In this document: piece after piece, positions 1 through 12,846 of the stretch | How positions within the stretch are numbered: the stretch's first letter is position 1 | Layout of the letters: the number at the start of each line of letters is the position of its first letter | Assembly: GCA_017499595.2 (NCBI GenBank) | Contig: CM039007.1 | Location: 2,852,001 to 2,916,000, forward strand | DNA from: Psilocybe cubensis | Taxonomy: Eukaryota | Direction of reading: 5' to 3' | DNA: 64,000 bases | Notes under the pieces: model-generated | Databases searched by the model: none | What the model saw: the letters and a program-made list of their open reading frames with translations, nothing else | What the model was told of the DNA's origin: nothing | Translations under genes and position numbers: made by a program

Positions 1-1330
1 GGCATGCTGACAGTCATAAGCAGATCCTCGCCGTCGTTGACACTGTTCATCATCCGCAAGAATTAGTCATGTGTTAAACTTGATGCAAAGAGAAGACACA
101 TACGCTTCCATGAGAGTCATGCACATAGAGGATTCGACATTCTGCGCGGGATCCTGTCCAGTGGCCAAGAATATGGCAGTGAGAATGTTGGCTGCGTGAG
201 CATTGAAACCTCCAATGGAACCGGCCATAGCACTTCCGATGAGGTTTTTCTTGGTGTTAAGGTTGACCAATGCCGAGACGGTGGTCTTCAAAACCGAGGT
301 AACGACCTTGCCTGGAATGACAGCCTCAGCGACGACGCTCTTCCCTCGTCCTTCAATCCAGTTGATAGCGGCGGGCTTCTTATCCGTGCAATAGTTTCCG
401 GAAAGTGCGAGGACGACCATGGTGGGGTAACGCTCTTGCATAACTTCCAAAGCCTTCTCGGTGCCCTTGGAGATCATGTTCATCCCCATCGCATCTCCGG
501 TGGAAGTGGCGAACCGAACATAAAGTGTCCTTCCAGCCATTGCGGTCTTTAAGCTCTTCAATTTGGCGAAGCGGGATGTGCTCTCGAAGGCCTTCTTGAG
601 TGTCGCATGACCCTCTTGAGAATCTATCCAGATTTTGGCGTCTGCCGCGTCGACGATGCTCGGGAAATCAATAGCGGGTCCACGGGTCATGCCGTCTTGA
701 GTGAGAACAGTAGTAACCCCTCCTCCGGCATTGAGGGCTTTGCAGCCCCGCGAGGCAGATGCAACGAGGGTACCCTCGGCAGTGGCCATTGGAATAGGAT
801 ACAGAGTACCGTCGATGTACAGAGGTCCTGCGATACCGAGTGGCAGAGGAATATATCCGACAACATTCTCGCAGCATGCACCGAGAACCTTGGAATAGTC
901 GTAGTTCGACAACGGGATATCAGATGCCTCCAGGGTCTGCGTCGAAGAAGCACGAGCTATTGCAGCAATCACATCACAGAGTGAGATCACAAATCTAGCG
1001 AAATTAAAAGGAACAGAACTCACAGATCAACGCTCGCCTAATCCTGACTGCCCTCTCCAATTCATTCATACCCAGGACCTTCTCCAACGAGTAGGCAGCA
1101 ATCTTGCCACATTGTGCCAACATGATGACTTCTTCATCGTTCAATAGCGCCAATGATTCACTGACAGGGCGAGGTCCATTCTCGAAGATGTCAATGCACT
1201 GAGAAAGTGAGCGAACTTCATCAGTGACCGACTTGAGGTTTTCATTGCTATCCGCCGAGTACGATGTATCTGAGGAGTTGGAAGAGAAAGGAGGAGTAGA
1301 GAGGCGGAGAGTTCTAAGGCTGGAAAGCAT
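1..1330 (-). CDS. HMG1: HMG-CoA reductase, catalytic domain only; 3' end lies outside the window
   Basis: Class I HMGR motifs [53 protein letters not shown]. ORFs 1004-1330 and 67-1023 are joined by a GT-AG intron at ~959-1024; another intron starts at ~103. Confidence 0.95.
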
Positions 1331-3246
1331 ATTAACGATGGATATATATGGAGTTGGTGTTACTCTGAAATGTAGGCTGAGGCGGAAGTACGAATGGACG
1401 ACGATAGAAAGGTGGCTCGAAAGTTGGATTTATGAAATGCGCTGAAGAAAGATGTGTGTGGGTACTCTAGGAAGATACCAGGCTTGAATGGAAGGGGGGA
1501 GCGGTGTCGACATTTCAATCTAATGTTCTCGTTTTATTCAAACCAGAAACCCACTGTAAACCTCAAAACATATCGAGAGGACCCCAGAACCGATTTCCAA
1601 ACGGGGAGTTCAACGCCGGGACCCGGACAACACTCCTCCCATTTCTGTACCAGGGGCTCGGTTAGGCGTTCGGGGGAGGGGAGAAAGCCTCACAGAGGGC
1701 TTGTGTGGGCCATTCTTCAGTCTCTCACCGCAGTCTTCTATCAATATCTATATGTGCCCGAATTTTGCATTGCCCATCTTTAATTCCATCTGGTGGAGCA
1801 CCTGTTTGTCGTCTCAACAACATGGAAAGGTTTTCGTTTTAAATTCATCGTGGACTCGGAGTCCTTCAAATAGTGATAGAGTTATAGATAAAGCCGGATA
1901 TAAACATGAGTTCTGGAAAATATATTCAGATATTTCAACTGAGGCATAAAATACAACTAGAGAAAGTGTCGCCGTCGATCTCAGGTTGATACAATCACCG
2001 CTTTCGGATTCGAGTGACATTGAAGAGGAAGTCGAACTCTGGTTCTTTACTTCGGTTAGGGCAAGGTCGTCCTTCGGAACCGCAGAAGACCTCCATAGAG
2101 TGCTTATACAGATATTCAATGGTTAATGAGTCTTTCCATTATCTGTGACTATTATGGTACTATCACGCCAGTGAGTGCAAAGTTGAGGACGTTGGATTAT
2201 TAAAAAATTGATCTGGCTCTACCATGCAAGTCCCATACATATTTAAAAGTATCCTTACATGCGCACTGGGTAGCTGAACTCAAGTCAAGATTCAATTCGG
2301 GTAATGGCCGAGCGACGATCGTATAAACGCCCTCTGATGATTCGAATGTTCGCAACTGCTGTGAAGCAATTTACTGATATATCACTTTCGATAAGATTAT
2401 TAACATAAAGTATACAAAGGCCAATGTGCGATTATGCCCGCATTGTGAAAGATAGTGAGAAGCACAATCGAAGCTACAATAGATAGGTGGTGACCACAAG
2501 CGTATCCAAGGCCGAAGGGCACACCGAACTCAAAAACAAGCTTCAAAGGTTCAAAGTTCGAAAGAAAATCTATAAATGAGACTGATAAGATCCTCTGATA
2601 GGCGACTATATGGCCATATACTCTCCCCGAGCCTCATAATTTGCACGGTGGCAGTGACTGGGCAACGAGAGGATACTTTAAAACTCGGATCCCCGCGTCA
2701 GTAATCCCGCACCCGGTCGGACATACGGCCCGTGCATTCCCGCATTGAATGAGATTGCCAATGGGAAGGTTACATAGTCATTTCCTGTATACACAATGCA
2801 GAATATAAGGATCATTAACCAAACTATGTATATGGGCGCTTGAGGTCGAGGTTTGCGTTCCTACAAGTCAGTGCGTTGATGGCCGTACAGATGCCGTAGG
2901 TCTGTTCGCGCGTGCTGTGACATCAAGATCACGTGGATACATGCGCGACGCGACACGCGCGACAGAGTCCAGGCGCGCTGTTCGCACTATAATCATATAA
3001 AGTCAACATTAAAGAAATGGTAAGAATACAAGAGGGTCCGTGATACGCCTAGATACTCTATGGGTATTATTATGTATACTTTCACAAAATCTACATATTG
3101 AAAGTCCGACTATGAAAGCCCAGCCTAACCCACTAAAACAATTTGAATGCTGGTGTACAGTACAACAAAAGTGGAGAGCGAGGATAATAGTTCAGAAAGT
3201 ATCCGCTTAGAAAGAGGGCGCGTGGAGCTACATACGTAGAGCGAAA

Positions 3247-4479
3247 TTAATTGAGCAAAAGTAAAGGAAGTAGGAGGCCTGCCATGGACATGATGGCCGG
3301 GACAGCTATCGCACCAGCATTACTGGTTTGACTAGGAGCAGAGCTGCCGCTGTTAGTCTTAGACCCAGTGGTTGCTCCAGATGTAGGTGATTGGGATGAC
3401 TTCGTACTAGGAAGAGATGGCGTGGGCGTTGAACTGAACGAAATAGTGGAGGCGCCGGGGACGGGGACCTGAGTGCCTTTCAGATAGATATCTGTACTTT
3501 GGTATTGACTGCAAGAGAAGCTGGACGGCACTACTGGTGGACCGACACCAGGGAATGCCTGAGAGTCACCAGCACAGGATTCAAAGACTTTGTCTTTTGC
3601 ATTTGAAGGCGCGTTAAACCCGCATCCCTGTGTGTCGTAAATATGTTGGCAGAACTTCGCATCGTCCTTGCCTCGCGGATCGCATGCCTTAAAGCAGAAG
3701 TAATTACCACCATTAAAACTAGATAAAGAGTGAATATAAGGTGTATTTAACTAATATTGTCCAAATACACTCACTTGTGCCATTCGATGACCTGAGTATA
3801 TGTTCCGGTGAAAGCATTGGTGTAAACCAACCCTCCCATAGGATTTCCCCTCTGATTGAAAAATGTAAGCTTCCGACCACTTTCGATCATATATAAAAAG
3901 TACCTGATCCGCTCCGTGAGGATCCATCTCTCCACCTTCATCACCAGCCACCATGTTTATCTTCGTCTGATCCATGAATCCAACAACTTGAATATAATCC
4001 GGTGTCTTCGTAAGCTGGACACCGGTCAGTGTCCCTTCAGGCATGACACGCGTTCCATGGCCAGGTTTTGTACACCACGCGATCATCTCGCCCTCGATCT
4101 CTCCGACGGTCTTTCCGGGGTTCGGAGGGGCCCATATGCAGAAATCTAAAAAGGTTAAGGTTCGCTCAGAATTTGACAAGATGACAAGGCTCACCATCTA
4201 GAGAGTTGATATACGCGGTCTGACAGAGAGACGTAGGTCCTTCCGTCGTGGAGTTACAAATGTTATATCCCAGCTGGTCTCCTCTGATAAGCCCAACGTC
4301 TGTGTCGACCTTGTAAGGCTACAAAAAATAATGCTTCAATATCTCCTAGACTTTAGAAATGATTTGGGGGTGCATACTATTTGGTCCCATGGTACGCGTT
4401 TGGAAACCAGAGGAGTAAAGCCTCTAGCGAGAGCAATTGACAACAAGGGAACCAAGGCAGTAAGGAAAGCCGAAGGCAT
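3247..4479 (-). CDS. Secreted, probably GPI-anchored glycoprotein (MP88 / macrophage-activating glycoprotein-like), multi-exon
   Basis: Signal peptide MPSAFLTALVPLLSIALA; Cys-containing core (DFCIWAPP, AWCTKPGHGTR, GGEMDPHGAD, FCFKACDP, CQHIYD.QGC); S/T-rich stalk; hydrophobic C-terminus. Confidence 0.8.
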
Positions 4480-5293
4480 TATTAGGCACAACAGTGACTG
4501 CTGAAGAATTAAGGATGACTTCGACGCCGGAGAGAGGGAACTAATGGGAAAGGGTACTATGGCGTAGGGATCCCGTTTAAATATCTGTCCGACGCGTTGC
4601 GTCTCTCGGTTTTGACGGCCAGTAGAAGCCTTGCTGTAAAACTTGAAGATGTTGACCGCTCACCACCGAAAATGTCTAGGCATGGCTTGGCACATGCTTG
4701 GCGAATGCCGGATGTGATGGGGCGGCCGAGTCAAGATTCAACTCACAAGTTTTGGTTGTGCCAAAGGCGCATTGAATAGTAGATCTGACCATGGAGGGAA
4801 TACAGAGATATAGGTAAGATGAATGTCTCGAAATACGGAACACACGACTCTCGTTACTTTTCAGCCACCCGTAAACGCGTAAATTTCTGAATCATTCGTC
4901 CGACCGCTTGCCAAGCCTCTGTCAATCTAAAAATACACCGTGTTTAATAATAGCGCCGCACGATGATTGACTGAAATACAAAATGAATTTGTTCAAGTCA
5001 TTTTCCTTTGTGTATCATTTATTGTATCTGGCCTGCTGTATGCATGCAATAAATGTATGGGATAACTTTGTCCTTGAGTTCGAACAAGATTTTGCATCGT
5101 CTTCAACGATCGCGTCCGTTATAAATTTTTCCCAAACTAATTTTGATAGTGTGCGAAGATATAAAACATATTCGAAGTTAACATTGTTGTATTGCAGCAA
5201 GTAATACAGAAGAGGAATTTGTATATATCGTAGATTTTTCAGGCGAAATCGTGAGTCGAAGTTTGCTTCCGAGTGGACTTTGAATTTGAGTAA

Positions 5294-6301
5294 CTATTGA
5301 AGAGGGTAGACGAGGTCAACTTGACCATTGACTGCCCCATCAGCCACTACTTCTACTTTAAATCCGTCGTTACCATCGTCACTGGAGTCCCAGAAAAGCA
5401 GAGGAGTCTGACCATCTTGTGTAAATAAATTAATTGAACCCATAGCTGTTCGTCCACGAGGAAGATCAGTTGCTCCAGACGCGGTATAGATTTCCAAAGC
5501 TTCCCATGCATAGGTCAACTCCTGTAAGGACGAGATTGAAATTTCAGAGTCGGGTATTCCTGTAAAGGCCGAACTGTAGTTATAACTGTTGCTTCCATCC
5601 GACGGCGTAATCAGGGTCATGACTCCCTGGAGTGATTGTCCAGGCGTTACAGGTGTAAGCGAGCTATGGTATACTTCCGATCCCACAATCCACCATGAGG
5701 CTACTGACCAGTAATCTCCACCTCCCGCTGGAGAGACACCATACTGCAGTACAGGTTGTAAAATGGCGTTGAAAGAGTCTGGCTCCATTGAATTGAACAA
5801 ATACAGAAGTTGACCGTCAATGTTTTGCGGCGAGTCGGGTACTGTCCACGTAGTTGTAAAATGTGCGATAGGACTGGAACTGGGATTGTTCCACCATGTA
5901 TAGGCAACATATCCTGAGCCAAACGATCTTCGTACATGCGGACTGACACTTCCATGTCTAGCAGTACTTGAGTTTCCTGACACTGAAGCGGTGTGAAGCT
6001 TGGTCCCGTTCTGTGCGATAATATGAATGAAGCCGTCGGCTTGGTGTACGCAAGCACCATTTGGTACCAAATGTATTCTTTCTGGAGGAACCTGACCGCC
6101 AGGAGTATTGACAAGAGTCGTCCCGTGAACCTCATCACGTCGATAACCCTGTTAAAATTATTCATAAAAAGGACCAGGCCGTTCATTCGATTTACATACA
6201 ATTTGCTCACTAGCCAGGATGGGCGAGGACATTACTTGCATCACTGTCTGCAGGACGAAGCAAATAGAAGCCAGGGAGATCTTGGACAGAAAGGAATTCA
6301 T
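5294..6301 (-). CDS. Secreted protein, paralogue 1 of 3; possible peptidase-G1/ConA-like beta-sandwich with propeptide
   Basis: Signal peptide MNSFLSKISLASICFVLQ, one intron, TP/PGG propeptide, VRR site, then TTWTVP...LFN...ILQPVLQYG.S.AGGG.YW.VASW...WEALE.Y, shared with the two paralogues. Confidence 0.8.
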
Positions 6302-7128
6302 GACTTCTGTACCAACCGATCTTGCTGAGGCGTTACAAAAGTAGTAATAGGGGTATAATGTGTCTTTGGGCGGTGTCTTTCAACATGAGCCAGAGGATCT
6401 TCTTTATAAAGACGACAACTGTATATCATAAAGGTATAAATAGGCGATACACGGGGTGTTGAACAAGGTAGAGTTTTCGAAGGTAAAAATATCATGGCCG
6501 ACTTGACTACCTACCTTGTGGGCGAAGGCTATGTATAGGTATCAGAACGTGAAGCGCTCAAGTATCGCGTGTAATTCAACATGTTTCATGTATTCGACGC
6601 CATGCTTCAATCAAACTGTGCTGGTCTTTAAGTTTAAGGTCAGGAACTGAGAATCTGTAATCTGGATTTTGTTCATCGAGTAAATGATGTATGTGTGACA
6701 CTTTCTTGTTGGCAGGTGTATATGGACGCTTTCTGCCTTCTAAATGATAAATGGACAGAATCATAACAGCCTGATATTCGAATTTCTGATACACTTCAAG
6801 GTTCGTCACGGCTTCTTCGATTCTTAGCACATGTAGATTCCGGACTCTGCTACATGGCGAATTACAACAATTGCCATGGGGATGTATCCAAGTAAGTAAC
6901 TGTACTTTATAGCACTACACCCCTCGTCACGGCTCAGCGACTGAGTGTCATTCTCACTTATCAAACAGCATCATCTCTCATCCAGTGAAGATCCTGGACA
7001 ACATAACCTGTCATTTGCACAGAACTTCATTCATAATTAATATATGTTACACTTGAAATTTTATCCGCCCATCATGAATCATGGAAATTCCATCTTTGTT
7101 GATGAGATCGTTTTGCCGTATGTTGGCC

Positions 7129-8523
7129 TCAGTTGAGGCATTGAGAATAGTATGCTGGTTTTCGAGAAAAAACATGTCAGAACACATGAAATTGCTGATG
7201 AATAAACCATTTACGTACGGTTCATGACTTTGCATGTTCCCTGAGCACAACTAGTACCACCACTGGATGGATCAGACTCGTTTAAATAGAATTGTCAATT
7301 GATATAGTGACTACGACTCACCTCCATCCAATCTATTGCAACAAATGTAATTAGAAAAGGTGCGTTGAATAGTCAAGTGTGTAACTCACTCCTCCGCATT
7401 GCCCGTAAAGGGACACGGCCCCTACAGAGGTCGGAGAGGACGTTGGTGTGTTGGAAGTTGAAGAGGGTGCGCTGACAGTCGTCGAGGGTGCGACAGTGGT
7501 CGTACGCACAGTTGTAGATGATGCCGGGACGGAAGTAGCACCACCTCCCACTGAGCCTGAAGACGGATACACCAGGTCGATCTCACCATTGTTTCCCCCA
7601 TTTGTTACCACAGTTATTCCAAACCCTTCCGCTGTGTTACTGACAGGTGTCCAGTTTACTGTTGGGTGCTGCCCGTTCTGGTCGACGATGTTGATAGATT
7701 TCAAAGTTGTCTTGCCTGTAGGAAGATCTGTCGCCCCTGAGGTCGTATAAATTTCGAGCGCCTCATATGTATAAGTCAGCAACTCATTGGAGTTGATGGT
7801 CATCGACGTGCTAGATATCCCCGAAAAGACCGAGTTATAAGAGTATTGCACTTTCCCCGTTGATGATGTTTTGTTGCCCTGAAGCGTCATAACGCCAGAT
7901 ACCGTTTGGCCCACCGACACGGGGTATAGGGACGAGTAATACACTTCCGGTCCGTTGACATACCACGACGCGACAGCCCAGTAGTTCCCACCACCCGCAG
8001 ACGATACACCGAACTGAAGCACAGGTTGGAGGATCGTGTCTAGGGATGTTGGCACCAGCGCGTTAAACACGTATAAGAGCTGGCCGTCGGCTCTTGCAGG
8101 CACCTCTGGTACTACCCACGACGTGGAGAAGTTGGCTATGGCGCTGGTGTTGGGGTTGGGGCCCCAGTACGAGTACGCTGCGTATCCGTCTGTGTAGGCA
8201 CGAGAGAAAATTTCTGCTGAATCCCTTCGGCTCCGCTTTGAGCTTGGGGCGCTATGGATGATTGTGCCATTTGATGAGATGATGTGGATAGCATCTTCGG
8301 CGTGCTCAACTCTGGCGCCCGCGGGAACAAAATGAGCGCGGGATTTTGACACAAGCCCTGCGGGGGTCATCACCAGTTCTGAACTCTCCTGTATAAGTAT
8401 TTTGTCTAGTAAGTCATGTTTTCAGACAATAATTGTTAGAATACTGACATCTGTTGCCGTAACCAGTCCACACACTAGGTGCGGCACGACAAATATCGAC
8501 GCAAGCAAAAGTTTGTATAGCAT
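7129..8523 (-). CDS. Secreted protein, paralogue 2, with S/T linker and C-terminal CBM1
   Basis: ATG 8523 (MLYKLLLASIFVVP); same core as paralogue 1; S/T/P linker; three small 3' exons splice to [32 protein letters not shown]-stop at 7129, a canonical CBM1. Confidence 0.88.
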
Positions 8524-9781
8524 TTGTCTCCTGCGCTGGAAAACGATGTTCTATGGTTGCAAGTAAAGTCGTAATGTGGGGTGTAGCTGGATTGTACAGG
8601 ATTCCAACGCGTTTGGGACACAATCCGCCTAACTAGTTTGGCCTTTTAAATACCCATACAAGCCAATTACTCCGAGGATGACTTACGAAAATAACCGCAT
8701 GAGATAGAGCAAAGCCATAGCACAACGCGTCTCCGAGAATGAGACGAGCCTCATTGCAGAGAAGACATCTACATAATCTGTACTCGGAACTTATAATTAC
8801 GAGTCTTTACGTAAGTAAAGATGAGTTCTTTTATCCCCACAACCCAGCGAGCAAAAATGTCCTCGCCAATTGTCCCCATCAAAATATTATTGATGCGATC
8901 AATGTCGTTACCGCTATCGGTATTTTCCTTAAGCGGTCACCGGACCCCCTAAGCAACCCCTTTCCAATTCATTCTATGACTTCTTTTTACCATTGGTTAC
9001 TTTAAAGGTTGTTTTTGATTTGTTTTGATCGCAATGTGAATGTGCGTTTCCATGAAATTAATTATACCCAACAACAATAGTCCTACTCAATTCACTTTTT
9101 TGCGTTGTTGTTTAATTTTTAAAACCATGTGGAACCGTCTAGCCAACGTGCTTATATATTGTACTAATACTTAGAGATGGAACCAAATGCACTCTTTGAA
9201 CTATGGGTCTGAAAGGTTGGAAATAGAACTGTGCAGGCACACACGTTCCTTGATATCGGTAGCTTCATCAATCAGAGTTCAAATAGAAATAATTACGCGT
9301 TCTTGGGTTCTGGGCGTTCTGTACTATTTGAATTTGATTTTCTGATTCATGATCGTTTCTCACGCATACCAATTTGTTCTTCCCCTACGTCGGGCGTCTA
9401 TCAGCTTACGGTTAATATATTTATTGACGTAGTATAGACAATGCACTTTTCTCCGCACTGTTTTATCCATGGCTTCCGCGTTATCCCCCCGTTTCCAACA
9501 GTATGTTCACTGTTTTATCTCATTTGGTTATTACTTATTTTTTAGAGTCTTTCCGCCTCCTATGGACGATGTGTACATGGATCAGATGGATCTGAAAACC
9601 CTCTACCGTTTCTCTTGGACTTGCAAGGAGCTAAACGACCGCGTTTTGGGCTATATGCGCCGCGCCTTCCGTCCCAAAAATTTATTTGCTCCTATCTTCA
9701 AACCCAATGAACATTTGCTGTTTTGTCTTCTCCAGTTCAAGACTGGCCTGGTTATTTCAGGTTCCACCGTTTTGCATTTTA

Positions 9782-11345
9782 CTTGTTTTAGTGGTCCAAC
9801 GCAAAGCGTGGCATGACAAGACTTTACATCTCACAATTGTATAAAATATTTTTTAATCTAGATTTATATAACATAGTTAATATATATTAATATGTTCTGA
9901 ATGCACAGCCAGATACTGGGCAAGGTTATGATTAATTACTATGACTTAGGTCTACTACAAGCTTAGTTGTGTCAGACACAAAAAATAGCTGCACAGGTTA
10001 TAAGGCCTAATTGTAAGGAAGAACTTGTCTATTATAATTTTCATACCTGCTAAATATTGAAGAATTCCAGATCTGCTGGGAGAATCCTGTATGGAAAACT
10101 GATGGAAGAATGCTCATGTGTATGGCTGCCCAAGTGGGGACATATTTCCCATAAATATAATTTTCTTATTTTTGAAAAGTGCATCAAGAGTGAAACAATA
10201 TTGTGTGCAAAAACATTTGTTTGGTGCGCATATTTCTTTTTGGCATAGTTTGATGTTGCTGTGAACACAATTGGCTGTGTGGAAACATATTTCAAGCATA
10301 ATTTGCAAGTGTTAGTGCATTATTTCTTCCCCAAAATACATTCAATGCATGGAAAACATTATTCAAAATGACCATCTCTTGACCAAAGTGGCCAGTGCTC
10401 AATGCAAATTGAGTGTAGTGACCGTGGGAATATCCTGCGTACAGTGTGCGCAGGATATTCCCACGACCTGCTTATTAATTCACGGCCAGTACAAACACCA
10501 CAGCAAGTAAAATATAATAAGATCATCTAAACTAGGACTGAAAATAATTATTATTGCCAAAAATACTTGTATTTTACCTAAAGTATATGCAATGCATCTC
10601 AGTAATATATCAGGAATTACCAGAGAAGTTCAAGTTGCTCAATGCAAAGTGCGGCAACCGTGAGAATAACTTGCATACACTATATGCAAGTTATTCCCAC
10701 AGTCTGCTTATTAATTCATGGCCAGTATGAACAGCACAACAAGTTTAATATGACAAGTTATTTGAAGTGGCATTAAAGATAATAGCTAGATACATAATGT
10801 TTATTATTCTTTATTCTATGCCACCACAGTCTGCTAGTCATTCATGCTAAATTTTTTTTGATAACAATAAAGCATTCTATTTACCTCTACTTGACGTTAG
10901 AGGTGTATAAAGCATGCAAAACAGTTGGTATGTAATTGATTGTGACTAATTAATGGCCTTAAATCAGTTGAATGAGGTCATTATTATAAAATTTTTGGTT
11001 ATGAGCGATGATTATCTGCATCAAAATGTTTAACTTGCAATTAAAAAGTCATAATGTAATGGTATCTAATTTTGTTTTCTACCATATGGCAGCTAACCTA
11101 TCTACCTAGCTAATATCTAGTATTTTAATTTCCATATCCCCTTGGTAGGAACAAAAACTAACAGAAATTCTATGATAGTAACCAATTATTAAGTCAAGCA
11201 TACCGGTTAAGTAAAAAACCGGTATTAATCACGCAATTTTGATGGCATCAATGATTTACTGATGGGGACAATTGGCAAGGACATATTTTTGTACAGTGGG
11301 TTGTGGAGATAAAAGAACTCGCTTTACTTACATAAAGTTTCGTAA
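9782..11345 (-). mobile_element. Nested non-autonomous Helitron-like element of the same family, opposite orientation
   Basis: On the minus strand it starts TTACGAAACTTTATGTAAGTAAAG (~110 bp like 8797-8900) and ends gtcatgccacgctttgcgttggaccactaaaaCAAG. It sits at A|T of codon ATC with no TSD. Confidence 0.85.
10121..10395 (+). mobile_element. Orphan TIR fragment of the TATGGCTGCCCAAGTGGGG family inside the nested Helitron-like element
   Basis: Collinear with 37265-37595, from tatggctgcccaagtgggg to ttgaccaaagtggccag; no partner TIR. Confidence 0.8.
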
Positions 11346-12520
11346 TCAATCGTGCTAATATATGGATTCCGGGTGACATGGACATGTATGTCGAGCACAG
11401 ATATGCTCTTCCCGTTCTTTCCTGGATGATGTCCATTGGATTTACTATCATGCCGCATCCCAAATATCCGGACAACACCACAGCGGAAAAAATTTTGAAA
11501 ATGGAAAAAATTGTCCTTCAGAAACATCCTCTTCATCGACATTACAATACCACTGGAGTGGTCGTTAACCTATGGTGCCAAGGTTCTTTTGTCCAACTGA
11601 TTACGACTTGTCAATCGGTGGTAGAGTGCATTTTGGGGTATCATAGCAGTATGTCCCCAATGTCATGTGTCAAAACAATGTTAACTTCAATTTTGTTCTA
11701 CTGCAGCCGGCGTCATGAATTTTGTTACCTTTGAGAAGGTGTACAGCTTGTATCCAAATGCTACCTTTGGACATCAAGTCTCTCTGTTGCAACCTTCTGC
11801 CGACCTCAAGCGCGCGCAAAAATTTCTTGCAAAATATCATTCCCGTGGCTTGAAATTTGTTCTTTCCATTCCATCGCAAACTTTGAAAATGGACCGCCAT
11901 ATCCAAAGCAGGATACAGTCTATCAGGGACAACGTAAATGTTGGGTATAGTTCATCTCGTGGTCATGTTCTTGTTGTGCTGGATTACAATCCTTATCCAG
12001 AGTTGTTCTCTCCTGGGATTAGACGGGTTGGCGACAGGCATTGTTGGGTTTATTCTTTGCCTCTTTTACCCAAAGCAAATCAGACTTCCTTTGTTGAAGC
12101 CAATTCGTGGGCATTGTTGCTCAATGAATTTGATTGTTTGCATTTTGGTGTCCGTCGCATCAGCGGTATCACATTAGATTTTCACTACACAGTGGCAAAT
12201 GTTTACCAATTACACAAGCGTGTCAAAAAAGCTATCAAATCCTGGGAAAGGGGTATAAGGTGTGTGCTCTTTAGTTTTAGTATTTGTCAATTTAATTCCT
12301 GTAATGTAGGCAAAAAGATGACCGTGTACATGCAACTGTTTTGTATTTGCTATCCAGAAAGGCAGATATTTTTTGGTTGCATTGCCCTCAACCACAAAGC
12401 CTCTTGTGGAATGGATATTTGTAATTTCTTCCATCCTTAGTCAAATTTTTGTTCGAAATAAACTTGTGTTCTTGTCCTCATTCTTTTTGTCTTAATTTGT
12501 AAGTTTGACTTGCGGATGAG

Positions 12521-12702
12521 CGTGGGAATATCCTGCGTACAGTGTACGCAGAATATTCCCACGGTCAACCTCTCCCGATATTCAGCCGAGTGTGGGAATA
12601 TTCTGCGTATAGTGTACGCAGAATTCTCCCACGGACTTCCTCGCCGATATTCAGCCAAGTATGGGAATATTCTGCGTACAGTGTACGCAGGATTCTCCCA
12701 TG
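12521..12702. repeat. Three ~42-bp palindromic (hairpin) units between the convergent cargo genes
   Basis: Unit gtgggaatatcctgcgtacagtgtacgcagaatattcccac with ~25-bp related spacers. Two units at 63762-63875; related units at ~10423-10464 and ~10659-10700. Confidence 0.9.
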
Positions 12703-12846
12703 GGGTGCCAACTAACACCTTCAGATAATTTCTGTCATGAAAATGACTTGACAAATTATTCCTTGTTATTTACAATGTTCACGCAAATGGATTGATTGTT
12801 TGTTCAGCACATTTATGATATCCTTGTCTTTTTATGTACATATGTA

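Larger units (their letters stand above)
9469..12424 (+). pseudogene. Cargo gene: F-box-like N-terminus plus nucleotidyltransferase-like motif, split by a nested insertion
   Basis: Removing 9782-11345 restores ...LVISGSTVLHF-I-NRANIWIPGDMDMYVEH...; introns at ~9501-9546, 11649-11706 and 12260-12309; stop 12422-12424. Confidence 0.75.

Noticed and set aside
12521-12702. Palindromic repeats with spacers resembling a CRISPR array
   Set aside because: Eukaryotic context, only 2-3 units, spacers similar to each other, no cas genes; part of a TE.
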